A stretch of 63,167 bases of DNA, the filler included, from Reclinomonas americana ATCC 50394 (Eukaryota), in assembly GCA_048213135.1 (NCBI GenBank). It is 7 parts of 2 records of this genome, joined end to end, with 100 filler letters (N's around TTAATTAATTAA, not from the genome) between each part and the next. Parts side by side here need not be neighbours in the genome. Positions count along the whole stretch, not along the records: positions 60,297 to 63,167 come from PS015045.1; 6 more parts are not named here. One strand, given 5' to 3'. The notes below the pieces were generated by a model. The model saw nothing but the letters and a program-made list of their open reading frames with translations. It searched no databases and had not been told where the DNA came from. The translations under genes and the position numbers were made by a program. Positions 61,299-63,167 of the stretch are shown here, piece by piece. Every line of letters begins with the position of its first letter. Position 1 is the stretch's first letter.

Positions 61299-63167
61299 TT
61301 ATCGCCGCGGCAAGAGGAACGAGGGTGGTGGCACTGCCGTCAACATGGAGCTGGCGTTGAATCGATTGATGTTCAGTCGAGGCGAGGGTGGATTGATGCT
61401 CCCCAGCGACACCGGTTTGCTGCCGCTGGTCGGGGACAGGCCGGGTGAGGACTGTGCGCTGAGTGGAAGCGGCGGCACTGCTGGCGCCACCGTGGCTGGG
61501 CGCGGCGATGGAATCACTTGCAACGGTGGAGAGCCCACGGCAAAATTGTTGGCGCGGAAGCGGNNNNNNNNNNNNNNNNNNNNNNNNNNNNNNNNNNNNN
61601 NNNNNNNNNNNNNNNNNNNNNNNNNNNNNNNNNNNNNNNNNNNNNNNNNNNNNNNNNNNNNNNNNNNNNNNNNNNNNNNNNNNNNNNNNNNNNNNNNNNN
61701 NNNNNNNNNNNNNNNNNNNNNNNNNNNNNNNNNNNNNNNNNNNNNNNNNNNNNNNNNNNNNNNNNNNNNNNNNNNNNNNNNNNNNNNNNNNNNNNNNNNN
61801 NNNNNNNNNNNNNNNNNNNNNNNNNNNNNNNNNNNNNNNNNNNNNNNNNNNNNNNNNNNNNNNNNNNNNNNNNNNNNNNNNNNNNNNNNNNNNNNNNNNN
61901 NNNNNNNNNNNNNNNNNNNNNNNNNNNNNNNNNNNNNNNNNNNNNNNNNNNNNNNNNNNNNNNNNNNNNNNNNNNNNNNNNNNNNNNNNNNNNNNNNNNN
62001 NNNCTGAGATTGGAGGCTGCCGCACGCATGCGATCTGAGAGTTGCGCCGACATGGGACCCGAGTCGGGCGATTGTGCCGCAACCAAGGGCGCGGGCTCCG
62101 GTTGCGGCGCAGGAGGAGCGGGAGCGGCGGCGGCAGCAGAGGTTGGAGCGGCACCCATGAGGAACGAGGGGACGGGAGGCAGGGCGCCGGGTGGTTGCGC
62201 GACCACGGCCGCCGACGCCGGTGCCGCGAGAGTAGACAAGGCAGTGCGCGAGTACGCGGCGGGTGATTCGGGCGCCGCGTATACCGTNNNNNNNNNNNNN
62301 NNNNNNNNNNNNNNNNNNNNNNNNNNNNNNNNNNNNNNNNNNNNNNNNNNNNNNNNNNNNNNNNNNNNNNNNNNNNNNNNNNNNNNNNNNNNNNNNNNNN
62401 NNNNNNNNNNNNNNNNNNNNNNNNNNNNNNNNNNNNNNNNNNNNNNNNNNNNNNNNNNNNNNNNNNNNNNNNNNNNNNNNNNNNNNNNNNNNNNNNNNNN
62501 NNNNNNNNNNNNNNNNNNNNNNNNNNNNNNNNNNNNNNNNNNNNGACTGGCGAGGTCGGTTGGACCGCGCTGAACGGTGCGGATGCGGGCGGTGTGGTAG
62601 TGTTGGCCCTGGGACGTGAAGTGGCCCAGGAGACGGCCGCAAACACGGCGGCTGTGGACGGCGCACCCGTGCGTCCATTAATGTCAGTGGGTCTTTGTGG
62701 CGACAGTGCTGCTGGTGCTGCTGGTGCTGCTGGCGCAGCGGTGGCTGCCGGAGCCGACGCTGACCACGGTGGTGGGTACTCGGGCTCAGCGGGTGAGGGT
62801 GGAGAGCGCATGAAGGACGGGGAATCGCGCGCGCTCTCTGCCACACTGGCCACATCGCTCGTGTATCCAGGTCGTGGAGAGTTGGTCGGCGTCGTCTCTG
62901 TTGGCATGAGATGCTGAGGCACAGAGAGCGTACTCGGCGACTCAGCGCGGACCACGGGTGCCGCGGGTGGTTGCCCGCCGAGCGTCACTACATGAGAGGG
63001 GGTCAGCGACAAGACGAGGCGACGTGATCAGAGATCACCACTCACTCACCAACAGGCGGCTGACCATGCAGTCGGCGAATCAACTCACACAGAGCACACA
63101 TCCACACTCGCATGTCTTGTGGTGAGCGTGCCTCCAGGTCCATCGACGACTTCTTCGTCATGATGGA
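61299..63167 (-). CDS. C-terminal region of an unknown Pro/Ser/Ala-rich protein; gapped, 5' partial
   Basis: GC-rich open frames (SPSTLSVPQHLMPTETTPTNSPRPG..., ...SPPLQVIPSPRP...PPPSFLLPRR*) interrupted by N gaps. The frame across the gaps cannot be verified. Confidence 0.55.

Overview
Eukaryotic, intron-dense, microsatellite-rich genomic DNA from what looks like a protist (the SHK-like SH2 module is suggestive of Amoebozoa, but this is inference). The window is not contiguous: six artificial N-TTAATTAATTAA-N linkers (20368, 33268, 39523, 47555, 51040, 60241) join seven separate gapped scaffolds. By splicing exons by hand across short GT-AG introns I can read: a STE-type Ser/Thr kinase fused to an EF-hand-like linker and an SH2 domain, BUD23, a Ubp2/USP25-like deubiquitinase, an RNase II/RNB protein, a DHHC palmitoyltransferase, a TBC1D22/Gyp1 Rab-GAP, a rhodanese+DSP (MKP-like) phosphatase whose last exon lies on the opposite strand, THOC5, an intron-containing GlxK-family glycerate kinase, a RING/Zn-finger/TPR protein, Sin3, several low-complexity unknown genes and a decayed non-LTR retrotransposon endonuclease. 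The most striking signal is in the splicing grammar. At least a dozen introns in seven genes on five scaffolds start with GTTGCG(T) or GTTGAGT, which is the window's normal GTGCGT/GTGAGT donor with one extra T, nearly always after an exonic non-G (mostly A). This resembles the +1 shifted-register U1 pairing class that is rare in humans but is apparently common here. Many introns also have GA-rich 5' ends and complementary CT-rich 3' ends. All exon boundaries are manual predictions without transcript evidence.
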